Below are positions 27,568 through 39,227 of a stretch of 64,000 bases of DNA, piece after piece; positions within the stretch are counted from its first letter, which is position 1; each line of letters starts with the position of its first letter. This stretch comes from Armatimonadota bacterium. Its GTDB lineage: Bacteria > Armatimonadota > SYMT01. The stretch covers positions 12,063 to 76,062 of the forward strand of contig JBKBRF010000030.1 of the NCBI GenBank assembly GCA_046292385.1, written 5' to 3'. Position numbers and translations under genes: made by a program. Below the pieces are notes generated by a model that saw nothing but the letters and a program-made list of their open reading frames with translations, was not told the DNA's origin and did not search any database.

Positions 27568-30168
27568 ATGCGCCCCCATCCGCTGCTGTTGTCGCTCGTT
27601 CCCGCCGCCCTCCTCGCCGGGGCAGCCTTCGCCCTCGCCGCGGAGGCGCCCGCCCCGTCGCCGGCGCCTTCGGCGGAGCAGGCGCGGTTCTTCGAGAGCA
27701 GGATCCGGCCGGTGCTCGTCTCCCGCTGCGGAGCGTGCCATGGCGCGAAGGAGCAGAAGGGCGGGCTGCGGGTCGATTCGCGGGCGGCGCTGCTGAAGGG
27801 CGGCGCGCGCGGCCCGGCGGTGCTGCCGGGAGAGCCGGACGGAGGCACGCTGCTGGCGGCGCTGACGCATGCGGACGGCGTGCCGAAGATGCCGCCGACG
27901 GGTAAGCTCTCCGACCGGGAGCTCGCCGACCTCCGCCGCTGGATCGAGACGGGCGCTCCGTGGCCCGAGACGCGGAAGCCGTCCGGCGGCGAGGCGGACG
28001 GCACGCACTGGTCGTTCCGTCCGATCCGGCGGCCCGCGGTGCCCCGCGTGAAGAACCAGGCGTGGGTGCGGAACCCGATCGACGCGTTCGTCCTGGCGGA
28101 GCTGGAGCGGCGCGGCCTCTCCCCGGCACCGGAGGCCGACCGCCGCACCCTGATCCGGCGCGTTACGTTTGACCTGACCGGTCTCCCGCCGACCCCCGCG
28201 GAAGTGCAGCAGTTCCTCACCGACCGCTCTCCGGACGCCTACGAGACACTGGTGGAGCGGCTCCTCGCCTCCCCGCGGCACGGAGAGCGCTGGGGGCGCC
28301 ACTGGCTCGACGTGGCGCGCTACGCGGACTCCAACGGGATGGACGAGAACGTCCACTACGGCAACGCCTGGCGGTACCGGGACTACGTGGTGCGGTCGTT
28401 CAACCAGGACAAGCCGTTCGACCAGTTCATCCGGGAGCAGCTCGCGGGCGACTTGCTTCCGGCCTCGGAGCAGCCGGCGCGGCACGAGCAGCTCATCGCC
28501 ACCGGGTTCCTCTCCATCGGCCCGAAGCTGATCTCGGAGGTCGACAGCCAGAAGGTGGAGATGGACATCATCGACGAGCAGATCGACACGGTCGGCCGCG
28601 CCTTTATGGGGCTGACCCTCGGCTGCGCGCGGTGCCACGACCACAAGTTCGACCCGATCTCCGCCAAGGACTACTACGCGCTCGCCGGGATCTTCAAGAG
28701 CACGCAGACGATCGACGCCTGGAACAAGCCGCGGATGTGGTTCGAGCACTCGATCGCCACCGAGGCGGACCTCGCCCGCAAGGCGGAGCACGAGCGGAAG
28801 GTGGCGGCGCAGAAGAAGACGATTGCAGAGGTTGGCGCCCGGGAGACGGAGCTCTGGAAGCAGGCGAACCCCGGCGCCGAGCTGCCGAAGCAGCCGGAGA
28901 CGGCATTCCGCGCCGAGGGCCAGGCGGAGCTGAAGCGCCTGCGCGAGGAGCTGGCCGCCCTGGAGAAGGCGGCCCCGGAAATGCCGGCCTGCATGGGAGT
29001 GCGGGACCAGAAGGTGGTCGACGTTCCCGTCCACCTCCGCGGCGACTTCCTCACCCTGGGAGAGATGGTGCCCCGCCGCTTCCCCGCCGTGCTCGCGGGC
29101 ACCGACCAGCCGCCCCTTCCGGAGACGCGCAGCGGCCGCCTGGAGCTGGCGCAGTGGATCGCCAGCCCGGAGAACCCGCTCACCGCCCGCGTCGCGGTGA
29201 ACCGCGCCTGGCGCTGGCACTTCGGCCAGGGACTGGTCCGCTCGACCGACAACTTCGGCATCCTTGGGGAGAAGCCGTCGCACCCGGCGCTGCTCGACTA
29301 TCTCGCGTGGGCGTTCTCATCTCCCGCCCGCGAAGGCGGGACAGAGAGACAGAGAGACGGAGAGAGCCGTACCCGCAACGCAGGGTCAGCTCCGCGGGAG
29401 GCGGGGGTTCGGAATCGCTCTGTCCCTCTGTCGCTCCGTCCCTCTGTCGCAAACGGTCCCTCTGTCTCTCCGTCGTCACCGGGAGGTATGGGATGGAGCG
29501 TTAAGCGGCTGCATCGGCTGATCGTGCTCTCCAGCACTTACCGGATGAGCAGCCGTCACGACCCGCGGGCGGCGGAGGTCGATCCGGAGAACCGGCTGCG
29601 GTGGCGGTTCGACGTGCGGCGGCTCCAGGCGGAGGAGATTCGGGACGCGCTGCTCTTCACCGGCGGGCTGCTCGACCCGGCGATGGGCGGACCGGCGCTG
29701 TCGCTGAAGAACCGGGAGTACGTCTTCGACCACACCTCGAAGGACAACACGAAGTACGACAGCCGGCGGCGGTCGCTCTACCTGCCGGTAGTACGGAACC
29801 ACCTCTACGACGTATTCCAGCTCTTCGACTTCGGCGACGCCAGCCTGGTGGAGGGGAACCGGCCCACGACGACCGTGGCCCCGCAGGCGCTCTTCATGTT
29901 GAACGCCGACCTGGTGATGGACGCGGCGGACGCGCTGGCGGGCAAGGCGCTCGAGCGGAAGCGGCTCACGCCGGAGCAGCGGGTGCGCGTTCTCTACTTC
30001 GAAGCCTACGGCCGCTACGCCACGCCGGAGGAGACGGCGCGCTCCCTGAAGCTGCTCTCCGACTTGGAACGGACCGTTCCGGGCGAGGGAGAGGCCCGGG
30101 AGCGCAGGGCCTGGGGGGCGCTGGCACACACCCTGGTGGCTGCCAACGAGTTCATCTTCGTGCGCTGA
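27568..30168 (+). CDS. PSD1 / planctomycete cytochrome c protein (PSCyt1 + DUF1549 + DUF1553)
   Basis: Motifs FFESRIRPVL..RCGACHG, HWSF.P, NPIDAF, GERWGRHWLDVARYADS, GCARCHDHKFDP, PLTARV.VNR.W and PQALFMLN. Confidence 0.95.
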   Translation: MRPHPLLLSLVPAALLAGAAFALAAEAPAPSPAPSAEQARFFESRIRPVLVSRCGACHGAKEQKGGLRVDSRAALLKGGARGPAVLPGEPDGGTLLAALTHADGVPKMPPTGKLSDRELADLRRWIETGAPWPETRKPSGGEADGTHWSFRPIRRPAVPRVKNQAWVRNPIDAFVLAELERRGLSPAPEADRRTLIRRVTFDLTGLPPTPAEVQQFLTDRSPDAYETLVERLLASPRHGERWGRHWLDVARYADSNGMDENVHYGNAWRYRDYVVRSFNQDKPFDQFIREQLAGDLLPASEQPARHEQLIATGFLSIGPKLISEVDSQKVEMDIIDEQIDTVGRAFMGLTLGCARCHDHKFDPISAKDYYALAGIFKSTQTIDAWNKPRMWFEHSIATEADLARKAEHERKVAAQKKTIAEVGARETELWKQANPGAELPKQPETAFRAEGQAELKRLREELAALEKAAPEMPACMGVRDQKVVDVPVHLRGDFLTLGEMVPRRFPAVLAGTDQPPLPETRSGRLELAQWIASPENPLTARVAVNRAWRWHFGQGLVRSTDNFGILGEKPSHPALLDYLAWAFSSPAREGGTERQRDGESRTRNAGSAPREAGVRNRSVPLSLRPSVANGPSVSPSSPGGMGWSVKRLHRLIVLSSTYRMSSRHDPRAAEVDPENRLRWRFDVRRLQAEEIRDALLFTGGLLDPAMGGPALSLKNREYVFDHTSKDNTKYDSRRRSLYLPVVRNHLYDVFQLFDFGDASLVEGNRPTTTVAPQALFMLNADLVMDAADALAGKALERKRLTPEQRVRVLYFEAYGRYATPEETARSLKLLSDLERTVPGEGEARERRAWGALAHTLVAANEFIFVR
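29317..29487. repeat. Octamer (GAGACAGA / TCTGTCTC) inverted-repeat element inserted in frame in the PSD1 gene
   Basis: gggacagagagacagagagacggagaga (29338-29365) with complementary ctctgtccctctgtcgctccgtccctctgtc (29418-29448). The same unit is intergenic at 31893-31939. Confidence 0.8.
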
Positions 30169-30180
30169 GGAAGCACCGGT

Positions 30181-31640
<1,460 letters not shown>

Positions 31641-31641
<1 letters not shown>

Positions 31642-31940
31642 GGGATGAGGGCGGAAGGATGAGGGATGAATCCGAACCCTCCGTAGACGGAGGATCCTGC
31701 TCCTGCTCCTGCTCGCTGGCGACCTTCGGGGCTTCGGCACGTCCTGGTGAGGTCCGAAGGGTTCCGCCGCCCCTCCAGGGCGGGTGATTGGGGACGGCGG
31801 AGGTCCGGGGGCTGCGCTGCGCTTGCACCCCGGCTATCGTCTCGCGCCCCTCCGGGGCGCCATCCCCGCCATCCCCGCCATGCTCGCTGCGCTCCGTCCC
31901 TCTGTCTCTCCGTCCCTCTGTCTCTCCGTCTCTCCATCTC
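31641..31940. repeat. Composite intergenic repeat: GGATGAG heptamers, REP-like hairpins and CTCTGTCT octamers
   Basis: gggatgagggcggaaggatgagggatgaa (31641-31670); hairpins cgcccctccagggcg (31768-31782), ccggggg..gcgctgcgc..ccccgg (31805-31833) and gcgcccctccggggcgc (31844-31860); octamers at 31893-31939. Confidence 0.7.
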
Positions 31941-31957
31941 AGGGGCGGCCGTCCGCG

Positions 31958-33157
31958 CTAGGCGGTCTCGCCTTCGAAGAGCTGGGGCAGGAGCTCGGAG
32001 GCTTTATCGATGCGCCAGCGGGCGTCGTCGATGGCACGCTCGTCGAACGGAAGGATGCCGCGAGTCTGGGGCGCTTCGCGGCTGCCGGTGATCATGAACG
32101 GCATCCAGCCCGCCTCGGCCCGCCGCTCCTCCGTGTAGGTGGCATGGTCGACGACGACCATGATCCGGAAGTCGTCGAGCAGCCCGATCCGGTCAAGGAG
32201 TGTGCCGAAGAAGCGCTCGTCGATCCGCTTTACGGCGTCGAGCTTCGCTTCCCAGTCGCCGTCCAGACCCGCCTCGTTCGGCGACTCGAGGTGGACCAGG
32301 CAGAAGTCCCGCTCCTGCAGCGCGGTCAGCGTGGCCCGCGCCTTCATGGCGTAGTCGGTGTCGAGCGAGCCGGTGGCGCCGGGAACGTCGAGCACGCGCA
32401 GGCCGCTCAGACGCGCCAGCCCCTTGACCATCGCGCTGCCGGCGACGCACGAGCCGCCGACCCCGTGCCGGAACCCGAACCCCTGGAGCTGCGGGGCGCG
32501 GCCCGGCGACCAGGGCCACACCATGTCGGCGGTGGGCCGCCCGTCGTCGCGCAGCCGCTTGTTGAACGGGTGCTCCGCCAGCACCTCGGCACTGTCCCAC
32601 ATCACGCTCACCAGCTGCTCCGCGCGGTCGCCGGTGGGGAACACCTCTCGCAGCGGGCGGCCCGCCGCGGCGTACGGAGAGGTGCACGCAATCCCGTCCG
32701 GACCGCCGCGCCAGACCAGCACGTGCCGGTAGCCGGAGCCCGGGTAGAACTGCAGCGTGCGGTGCCGCAGCGACTGCTGCACGTGGCGCACCAGCTCCCG
32801 GCCGACGTTCTTGCCCAGCTTGCCGGCGGTCGGCTCCTGCAGCACGGCGCCGTCGGTATGGACCAGGTTCAAGCTGAACGCGGTGTCGCCGTGGTCGAGG
32901 TCGATCTCTACCGCCGCGGCTTCCAGCGGTCCCCGGCCGGTCCAGTGCTCCACCGGATCGAACCCGAAGAGCCCCATCAGTGCCGCCTCGGGGTCGCCCT
33001 TCCAGTCCGGCGGCAGCGTCTGGACCACTCCCACGCGCGCCTTGCGGGCCATGGCGGTCAGGTGCTCGCCCGCCCCGACGATCAGCGGTGTACGGTCGTC
33101 GAGCGCCTTGATCGGGGCATCGACCGCCCCGTCGAGGATCACCATCACGTATTTCAT
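31958..33157 (-). CDS. ApgM-family (cofactor-independent phosphoglycerate mutase / proposed homoserine kinase) homolog with a degenerate active site
   Basis: Motifs MKYVMVILDGAVD.P...L..RTPL, GRGPLEAA, YPG.GYRHVLVW, W.WSPG and VPGATG.LDTDY. The catalytic Ser and several metal ligands appear substituted. Confidence 0.85.
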   Translation of the reverse strand: MKYVMVILDGAVDAPIKALDDRTPLIVGAGEHLTAMARKARVGVVQTLPPDWKGDPEAALMGLFGFDPVEHWTGRGPLEAAAVEIDLDHGDTAFSLNLVHTDGAVLQEPTAGKLGKNVGRELVRHVQQSLRHRTLQFYPGSGYRHVLVWRGGPDGIACTSPYAAAGRPLREVFPTGDRAEQLVSVMWDSAEVLAEHPFNKRLRDDGRPTADMVWPWSPGRAPQLQGFGFRHGVGGSCVAGSAMVKGLARLSGLRVLDVPGATGSLDTDYAMKARATLTALQERDFCLVHLESPNEAGLDGDWEAKLDAVKRIDERFFGTLLDRIGLLDDFRIMVVVDHATYTEERRAEAGWMPFMITGSREAPQTRGILPFDERAIDDARWRIDKASELLPQLFEGETA

Positions 33158-33192
33158 GGGGCTGTCACGATATCGGGGAGCGGGAGGCGCTG

Positions 33193-33281
33193 TTCCAGGT
33201 TTGCAGGTTGCAGGTTAGCAAGTTGGGCACCGCTCGATGGAGTCCGGAACCTGCAACCTGAAACCTGCCAACTCGCTAACT
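33193..33281. repeat. Heptamer CAGGTTG-family inverted tandem-repeat element inside the thr/pur gene run
   Basis: caggtttgcaggttgcaggttagcaagttg ... aacctgcaacctgaaacctgccaact. Confidence 0.85.
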
Positions 33282-33283
33282 AC

Positions 33284-34210
33284 CTAATCGAGCTCGCGTC
33301 CGGTGATCCGGCGGTAGATCTCGCGGTATTTCTCGGCGGTCCGCTCCGCCACCTCGGCGGGGAGGGCGGGGGCCGGCGGCTCGTGATTCCAGCCGATGCC
33401 GTCCAGGTAGTCCCGCACGTACTGCTTGTCGAAGCTCGGCTGGGGACCGCCGGGCTCGTACCCTTCCGCATCCCAGAAGCGAGAGGAGTCGGGGGTCAGG
33501 CACTCGTCGATCATCGTCACCTGCCCGTCGAGCAGTCCGAATTCGAACTTGGTATCGGCGATGAGGATGCCGCGCTCGCGCGCGTGCTCGGAGGCGGTGG
33601 TGTAGACCCGGAGGCTCAATTCGATGAGCTGAGCCATCTCGCCGGCGGGGACCAGCTCCGCCATCTCCTGGTGCGTGATGTTCTCGTCGTGTCCGCTGGC
33701 GGCCTTGGTCGAAGGGGTAAAGATCGGCTCCGGCAGGCGGGAGCCCTGCAGCAGGCCCGCCGGCAGCCCGATGCCGCAGACCGAGCCGGAGCGCCGGTAC
33801 TCCTTCCAGGCGCTGCCCTCCAGGTAGCCGCGGACCACGCACTCGACCGGATAGGCCTTCGCCTTGCGGGCCAGCATCGCGCGCCCGTTCAGCACTTCCT
33901 CCGGCAGGCTCGCGCCCGCCTCCCCGAGCGCCGCGCGGATCTCGGCGGCGTCGGTCGTCACGAGGTGGCTGGGGCAGAAGGGGCGGATGAAGTCGAACCA
34001 GAAGGCGGAGATCAGGTTCAGCACCCGGCCCTTGTCCGGGATCCCGGTGGGGAGCACGCAGTCGAACGCGGAGAGGCGGTCGGTGGTGACGATCAGCAGG
34101 TGCTGGTCCAGGTCGTAGACGTCCCGCACCTTGCCGCGGATGAAGCCGGGGAGACCCGGCAGGTGCGTCTCCAGCAGCACGCCGTCCGCACCGGTCACTT
34201 CAGCGCTCAT
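33284..34210 (-). CDS. purC: Phosphoribosylaminoimidazole-succinocarboxamide synthase
   Basis: Motifs RGKVRDVY, TDRLSAFD, ECVVRGYL.GS, ADTKFEFG, TPDSSRFW and SFDKQYVRDYL. Confidence 0.97.
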   Translation of the reverse strand: MSAEVTGADGVLLETHLPGLPGFIRGKVRDVYDLDQHLLIVTTDRLSAFDCVLPTGIPDKGRVLNLISAFWFDFIRPFCPSHLVTTDAAEIRAALGEAGASLPEEVLNGRAMLARKAKAYPVECVVRGYLEGSAWKEYRRSGSVCGIGLPAGLLQGSRLPEPIFTPSTKAASGHDENITHQEMAELVPAGEMAQLIELSLRVYTTASEHARERGILIADTKFEFGLLDGQVTMIDECLTPDSSRFWDAEGYEPGGPQPSFDKQYVRDYLDGIGWNHEPPAPALPAEVAERTAEKYREIYRRITGRELD

Positions 34211-34242
34211 CGGGTCGATCTCCAGTCCGGGGCGAGGGTGGG

Positions 34243-35337
34243 TTATAGTCGGGCCGCGGCGAGCACCGCCTCGCAGGTGGCGGGCACGGGTACCGGCTCG
34301 TCGATGGCGCCCAGCACCGTCGCCGGATCCTTGAGGCCGTGGCCCGTGAGGGTGCAGACCACGATCCGCTCCTCTTCCGGCACTCCGGCGAAGTAGCCCG
34401 CGTTCCAGAGCTTGCGGAGCCCCGCGACGGAGGCGGCCGAGGCGGGCTCGCAGAAGACACCGACCTCCGCGGCCAGCATCCGGTAGGCCGCCAGGATCTC
34501 TTCGTCGGTCACCGCGTCGATCGTTCCGCCGCTCTCGTCCCGGGCCGCAACCGCCGGCTGCCAGCTGGCGGGGTTGCCGATGCGGATGGCGGTGGCGATC
34601 GTCTCCGGCGCGCTGACGGGCTCTCCGCGCACGATCGGCGCGGCGCCGGCGGCCTGGAAGCCGAGCATGCGGGGCAGGCGCGCGGCGCGGCCGAGGCGGT
34701 GGTACTCCTGATAGCCCAGCCAGTAGGCGGTGATGTTCCCCGCGTTGCCGACCGGAATGCAGTGGAACGCCGGGGCGTCGCCCAGCCAGTCGCAGATCTC
34801 GAAGGCGGCGGTCTTCTGCCCCTGGATGCGGTCCGGGTTGATGCTGTTCACCACCGCGACCGGCCGCACGTGGGAGACTTCCCGCACCAGGCGGAGAGCG
34901 TCGTCGAAGTTACCCCGGATCGCCACCACGCAGGCGCCGTGGATCAGCGCCTGGCTCAGCTTCCCCATGGCGATGGCACCGTGCGGGATGAGCACCAGGC
35001 ACTGCAGGCCGGCGCGCGCGGAGTAGGCGGCCGCGGAGGCGGAGGTATTGCCGGTGGAGGCGCAGATCACCGCCTCGGCGCCGCGGGAGACCGCCTGGGT
35101 GATCGCAACCGTCATCCCGCGGTCCTTAAAGGAGCCGGTGGGGTTCAGCCCCTCGCACTTGAGGTAGAGGCGAAGGGAATCGCCGCCGGAGATCGCCCGC
35201 GCCAGGCGCGGCGCCTCCAGCAGCGGCGTGTTGCCCTCCAGCAGGGTGACGACCTCGCTGGCCGGCTCCACTGGAAGGAACTCCCGGTAAGCCTGGATGA
35301 GGCCCGGCCAGGCGGCGGCAATCGGCGCGGGGGCCAT
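34243..35337 (-). CDS. thrC: Threonine synthase
   Basis: Motifs [16 protein letters not shown] (PLP lysine), [18 protein letters not shown] and LTGHGLKD. Confidence 0.96.
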   Translation of the reverse strand: MAPAPIAAAWPGLIQAYREFLPVEPASEVVTLLEGNTPLLEAPRLARAISGGDSLRLYLKCEGLNPTGSFKDRGMTVAITQAVSRGAEAVICASTGNTSASAAAYSARAGLQCLVLIPHGAIAMGKLSQALIHGACVVAIRGNFDDALRLVREVSHVRPVAVVNSINPDRIQGQKTAAFEICDWLGDAPAFHCIPVGNAGNITAYWLGYQEYHRLGRAARLPRMLGFQAAGAAPIVRGEPVSAPETIATAIRIGNPASWQPAVAARDESGGTIDAVTDEEILAAYRMLAAEVGVFCEPASAASVAGLRKLWNAGYFAGVPEEERIVVCTLTGHGLKDPATVLGAIDEPVPVPATCEAVLAAARL

Positions 35338-35338
35338 C

Positions 35339-36634
35339 CTACTCCTCCACCCGGATGCAGTTGGCAACCTGCCGCACCACCGGCAGTGCCTCGATCTCCT
35401 GCAGGGCCGCCCGCAAGTTCCCCTCGTTGGTGCGGTGGGTAATCCAGACGATCTCCGCCGACTCCTCGCTCACCTGCTTCTGGATCATCGACTCCAGCGA
35501 GACGTTGTGCCGGCCGAAGACGGTCGCCACCGCCGCCAGCACGCCGGGGCGGTCGTCGGTCTCGGTCCGCACGTAGTAGTGCGACTCGGTCTCCTCGATC
35601 GGGAGGATCGTCTTCTCGTGGAAGCAGGTGCAGGCGATCCGGCCGGAGCCCCCGAAGACGATGCCTCGCGCCGCTTCCATAATGTCGGCGGCCACCGAGC
35701 TGCCGGTCGGCATCGCCCCCGCCCCGCGGCCGAAGAACATCACGTCGCCCACCGCGTTCCCGCGGACCAGGACGGCGTTGAAGACGTCGTTCACCGCCGC
35801 CAGCGGGTGGGAGAGCGGCAGCATCGCGGGGTGCACCCGCAGCTCCAGGCCGTGGGGCCGCTCCTTCGCGAGCGCGACCAGCTTGATCGCGTAGCCGAGC
35901 TGCTTGGCGTACTCGATGTCGCGGTCGGAGATCTTGCGGATCCCTTCGTGATAGACCCGCTCCAGCGGCACGCGGCTCTGGAAGCCGATGCTGGCGAGGA
36001 TCGCGAGCTTGTAGGCGGCGTCGAAGCCGTCGACGTCGTCGGTCGGGTCGGCCTCCGCGTAGCCCTGCTCCTGCGCCTGGCGGAGCGCGACCTCGAAGTC
36101 GAGACCCTGCTGGCTCATTTGCGTCAGGATGTAGTTGGTCGTCCCGTTGACGATCCCCACCACCTCGCGGATCCGGTTCGCGGCGAGGGAGACCTTCATC
36201 GCGCGGATGATCGGGATGCCGCCCGCCACGGCGCCTTCGAAGAAGAAGTCGAGCTTCCGCTCCGCGGCGCGGACCAGGAGCTGGTGCCCCGCCTTGGCGA
36301 TCAGCTCCTTGTTGGCGGTGACGACGTGCTTGCCGTTGGAGAGGGCGCGGAGGATGTAGTCGCCCGCTGGCGCGATGCCGCCGATCAGCTCCGCCACGAT
36401 CTGCACTTCCGGATCGTCCAGTACTTCCGCCGGATCGGTGGTGAGCAGGCCGCTCGGGAGGTCGACCGCGCGCGGTTTCTCCGGGCTGCGGACGCAGACG
36501 CGCTTGACTTCGATGCGGGCGCCGAGCTGGCGCTCGATGGCGGCGGCATTCTCCCGCAGCGTCTGGTAGGTGCCGGACCCCACCACGCCGCAGCCGAGCA
36601 TTCCGACGACGATGGTGCGAGGATCGGCCGACAT
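35339..36634 (-). CDS. hom: Homoserine dehydrogenase with C-terminal ACT domain
   Basis: Motifs [47 protein letters not shown] and [11 protein letters not shown]. Confidence 0.96.
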   Translation of the reverse strand: MSADPRTIVVGMLGCGVVGSGTYQTLRENAAAIERQLGARIEVKRVCVRSPEKPRAVDLPSGLLTTDPAEVLDDPEVQIVAELIGGIAPAGDYILRALSNGKHVVTANKELIAKAGHQLLVRAAERKLDFFFEGAVAGGIPIIRAMKVSLAANRIREVVGIVNGTTNYILTQMSQQGLDFEVALRQAQEQGYAEADPTDDVDGFDAAYKLAILASIGFQSRVPLERVYHEGIRKISDRDIEYAKQLGYAIKLVALAKERPHGLELRVHPAMLPLSHPLAAVNDVFNAVLVRGNAVGDVMFFGRGAGAMPTGSSVAADIMEAARGIVFGGSGRIACTCFHEKTILPIEETESHYYVRTETDDRPGVLAAVATVFGRHNVSLESMIQKQVSEESAEIVWITHRTNEGNLRAALQEIEALPVVRQVANCIRVEE

Positions 36635-36840
36635 AGATACTCCTGGTCGGGAGCCGCGCCGGTCAGGCGAGGCGAGGCTCCAGAGACTTCCGATTATATC
36701 CCACGGCTCCGCGCCTGCTGTCAAACCCTCGCCCCGCTGTGAGACGGCTATCCCCGGCCTGCAGGAGACTCGCCGCCGCGCTCTGAACCTCGGGACGAAA
36801 GACGAACCGGATGGAGCCGGGGACAGGGGGTGGGGGAACG

Positions 36841-37482
36841 ATGCGGCTGCTGGTGACCGGGGCGGAGAGCCCGCTCGGCAGGGTGGTGGTGGAAGCGCTG
36901 GAGGGGGAGCACGAGCTGCGCGGGACCGGGGACGCCGACCTCCGCAGCCCGGAGCAGCTCCGGCCGCTGCTGGAGGGGGTGGAGACAGTGCTCCACCTGG
37001 CGCCGCACTCGCCGGCGAGCCCCGCCACTCCCGAAGCGGAGGCGGAAGTGCTCGACCTCGCCGCGCGGGGCACCTACGTGCTCCTGAAGGAGGCGCTCGC
37101 CGCGGGAGTGCGGCGGGTCGTCCTCGCCTCCCGGCTGGAGGTGCTGACCCGCTACGAGGAGGCGTATCTGCTCGACGAGAGCTGGAAGCCGCGTCCCGCG
37201 CCCGAAGCCGCCGCGCTCGCCCCGCACCTGGCGGAGCTGGCGGTGCGGGAATTCGTCCGCGCGGAGCCGCTCCTCGCCGTCTGCCTCCGCCTCGGCGACC
37301 TCGACGGCGCCGATCCCGCCACCTCCCCCGCACTCGCGGTCGAGGCGATCCGGAAAGCGCTCGCACTCGATCCCGGCGGCTCGCACTACCGCTGGTGGCT
37401 CTACCACGTGACCGAGTCGCCGCGCTTCAGCCCGGCCCGCGCCGCGGAGGCGCCGCTCGGCCTGCGCGGGGGAGGAGCCTGA
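36841..37482 (+). CDS. NAD(P)-dependent epimerase/dehydratase-like (SDR) protein, degenerate
   Basis: MRLLVTGAESPLG Rossmann start, HLA and GVRRVVLAS. No clear YxxxK motif. Confidence 0.75.
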   Translation: MRLLVTGAESPLGRVVVEALEGEHELRGTGDADLRSPEQLRPLLEGVETVLHLAPHSPASPATPEAEAEVLDLAARGTYVLLKEALAAGVRRVVLASRLEVLTRYEEAYLLDESWKPRPAPEAAALAPHLAELAVREFVRAEPLLAVCLRLGDLDGADPATSPALAVEAIRKALALDPGGSHYRWWLYHVTESPRFSPARAAEAPLGLRGGGA

Positions 37483-38297
37483 TGGGAGCCGTGCACTCGG
37501 GACGGGTCGTAGTCTTCGGGGCCGGGGGACCGGTCGGCGCCTCCGCGGCACGGGCGCTGCGGGAGCACTACACGCTGCTGCTCACCGACGCGCGCCCGCT
37601 CCCGGAGATCGCGGCGGCGGGCGAGCGGCAGTCGCCCGGCGCGCCGCTGCCGGAGGTGCTGCCGGCGCCGCACGAGACGCGGGTGGTCGACGTCACCCGC
37701 TACGAGGAAGTGCTGAAGGCCGCCCGGGGCGCCGACGCGCTGATCAACTGCACCGTGGTGCGGCGGGAGCTGGAGCCGGCGTTCGGCGTGAACCTGGTCG
37801 GCGCCTACCACGTGGCAAAGGCCGCCGTGGAGCTGGGCATCCGGCGGCTGATCCACACCGGGCCGTACCACACCGGGCTGGACCACAACGCCGACACCTG
37901 GTGGGAGCACGACGTCTCCCCGGACGCTCCGCTCCACCCGGGCAGCGACCTGTACGCGATGAGCAAGTTCCTGGGAGGGGAAGTGACGCGGATCTTCGCG
38001 GAGGAGCACGGGCTGGAGGTGGTGACGTTCCTCTACTGCGCCTTCCGCCCCGGCGAGGGGGACGAGGCGCCGGACGGGAGTGGGGTCCACCCGTTCACCA
38101 CGCGCTGGGATGACTGCGGCGAGGCGTTCCTCTACGGCCTCCGCGCCCCGGAGCTGCCGCGCCCGTACGAGCCGTTCTTCATCTGCTCCGACCTGCCGCA
38201 CGGCAAGTACCGCACCGACAAGGCGAAGCAGCTCCTCGGCTTCGAAGCCCGCCACCGCTTCGAGCGCCTCTGGACGCGCGCGGAGTCTGAAGGGTAG
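37482..38297 (+). CDS. NAD(P)-dependent epimerase/dehydratase family protein
   Basis: VVVFGAGGPVG, VNLVGAY and catalytic YAMSK. Translationally coupled to the upstream gene (TGATG). Confidence 0.85.
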   Translation: MGAVHSGRVVVFGAGGPVGASAARALREHYTLLLTDARPLPEIAAAGERQSPGAPLPEVLPAPHETRVVDVTRYEEVLKAARGADALINCTVVRRELEPAFGVNLVGAYHVAKAAVELGIRRLIHTGPYHTGLDHNADTWWEHDVSPDAPLHPGSDLYAMSKFLGGEVTRIFAEEHGLEVVTFLYCAFRPGEGDEAPDGSGVHPFTTRWDDCGEAFLYGLRAPELPRPYEPFFICSDLPHGKYRTDKAKQLLGFEARHRFERLWTRAESEG

Positions 38298-38306
38298 CGA
38301 GGCGCT

Positions 38307-38732
38307 TCAGCGTGGGCGGGACCCCGGAAGGTCATGCTCCAGGAGATACCAGTCTTCCGGCGCCTCCGGTTTGTAAAGGGCGAGCCGCCCGGGGAGGCAG
38401 GAGAGCACGATCGCGAAGTCGTGCGTCACCGCGCTCTCCAGCGCCTTCCGCAGCGGTACCTCGCAGCCGTCGAGCTCCAGTGCGCACGCGATGACGTGGC
38501 AGGTCGCCGGCGCAGCCCGCTCCCGCAGGAGCCCTTCCACCGCCTGGACGGTACGCTCTCCGCGCGGAATGAGGCGCGCCCGGGAGAGGTCGACGTCCGC
38601 GCCGTGGTTCAGGCGGTCCAGGATCTCCCGGCGGCGCTTCGGATGGGCGAGCAACTCGCCGCAGCGCCGGCGCTTCTCCGCCCGGACAAAGACCCGGCAG
38701 AATGCCTCTTCGTGTTCGTTCAGCGTGCTCAT
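38307..38732 (-). CDS. Hypothetical protein
   Basis: Open frame MSTLNEHEEAF...LSCLPGRLALY. Start overlaps the stop of the upstream gene. Confidence 0.65.
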   Translation of the reverse strand: MSTLNEHEEAFCRVFVRAEKRRRCGELLAHPKRRREILDRLNHGADVDLSRARLIPRGERTVQAVEGLLRERAAPATCHVIACALELDGCEVPLRKALESAVTHDFAIVLSCLPGRLALYKPEAPEDWYLLEHDLPGSRPR

Positions 38733-39223
38733 CAGATGCCGAGATGCAGGATGTAGAACTCTCCGGTAGCCGCGGCCCGGCCCCACTCCGCGAGTAGCTC
38801 CAGGTCCCGCACGAGTTCGTCGCGCCGGACGAGGAGCTTTTGAGTTTCCTCGTCGCTGCGCCTTCCATCCTCGTCGCGCGTATACACCCAGCCGGCGGAG
38901 AGAATGATCTCTTCCGGGCCGAGGCGAAAGAGCTGTGCCCACGCCGCGAAGACTTCCGCGAAGAGCGCTCCACCCTCGTGGTTCACGATCGTGTCCCCGT
39001 AGAGATCGAGACCCTGAATCGGCTTGGGCGCTCGCTTTCTGTCCTGGACCAGCGCCGGAAACCATTCCAGAGAGTCGTAGAAGTAGCGCAGTACGTCGTC
39101 AGCGATCCGGAGTGGGGCATCCCGCCGACGGAGATAATCCCAGTAAGCTGCGTAGGGGACTTCCCCTTCTCGGAGAAGCCAGAAGTCGTGATACGGGCCA
39201 CGCGGCTCTTCCAGGATCATCAC
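38732..39223 (-). CDS. Hypothetical protein (possibly immunity-like)
   Basis: 163-aa frame rich in aromatic and acidic residues, ending FYILHLGI, with lower GC than its neighbours. Confidence 0.65.
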   Translation of the reverse strand: MMILEEPRGPYHDFWLLREGEVPYAAYWDYLRRRDAPLRIADDVLRYFYDSLEWFPALVQDRKRAPKPIQGLDLYGDTIVNHEGGALFAEVFAAWAQLFRLGPEEIILSAGWVYTRDEDGRRSDEETQKLLVRRDELVRDLELLAEWGRAAATGEFYILHLGI

Positions 39224-39227
39224 TGAA

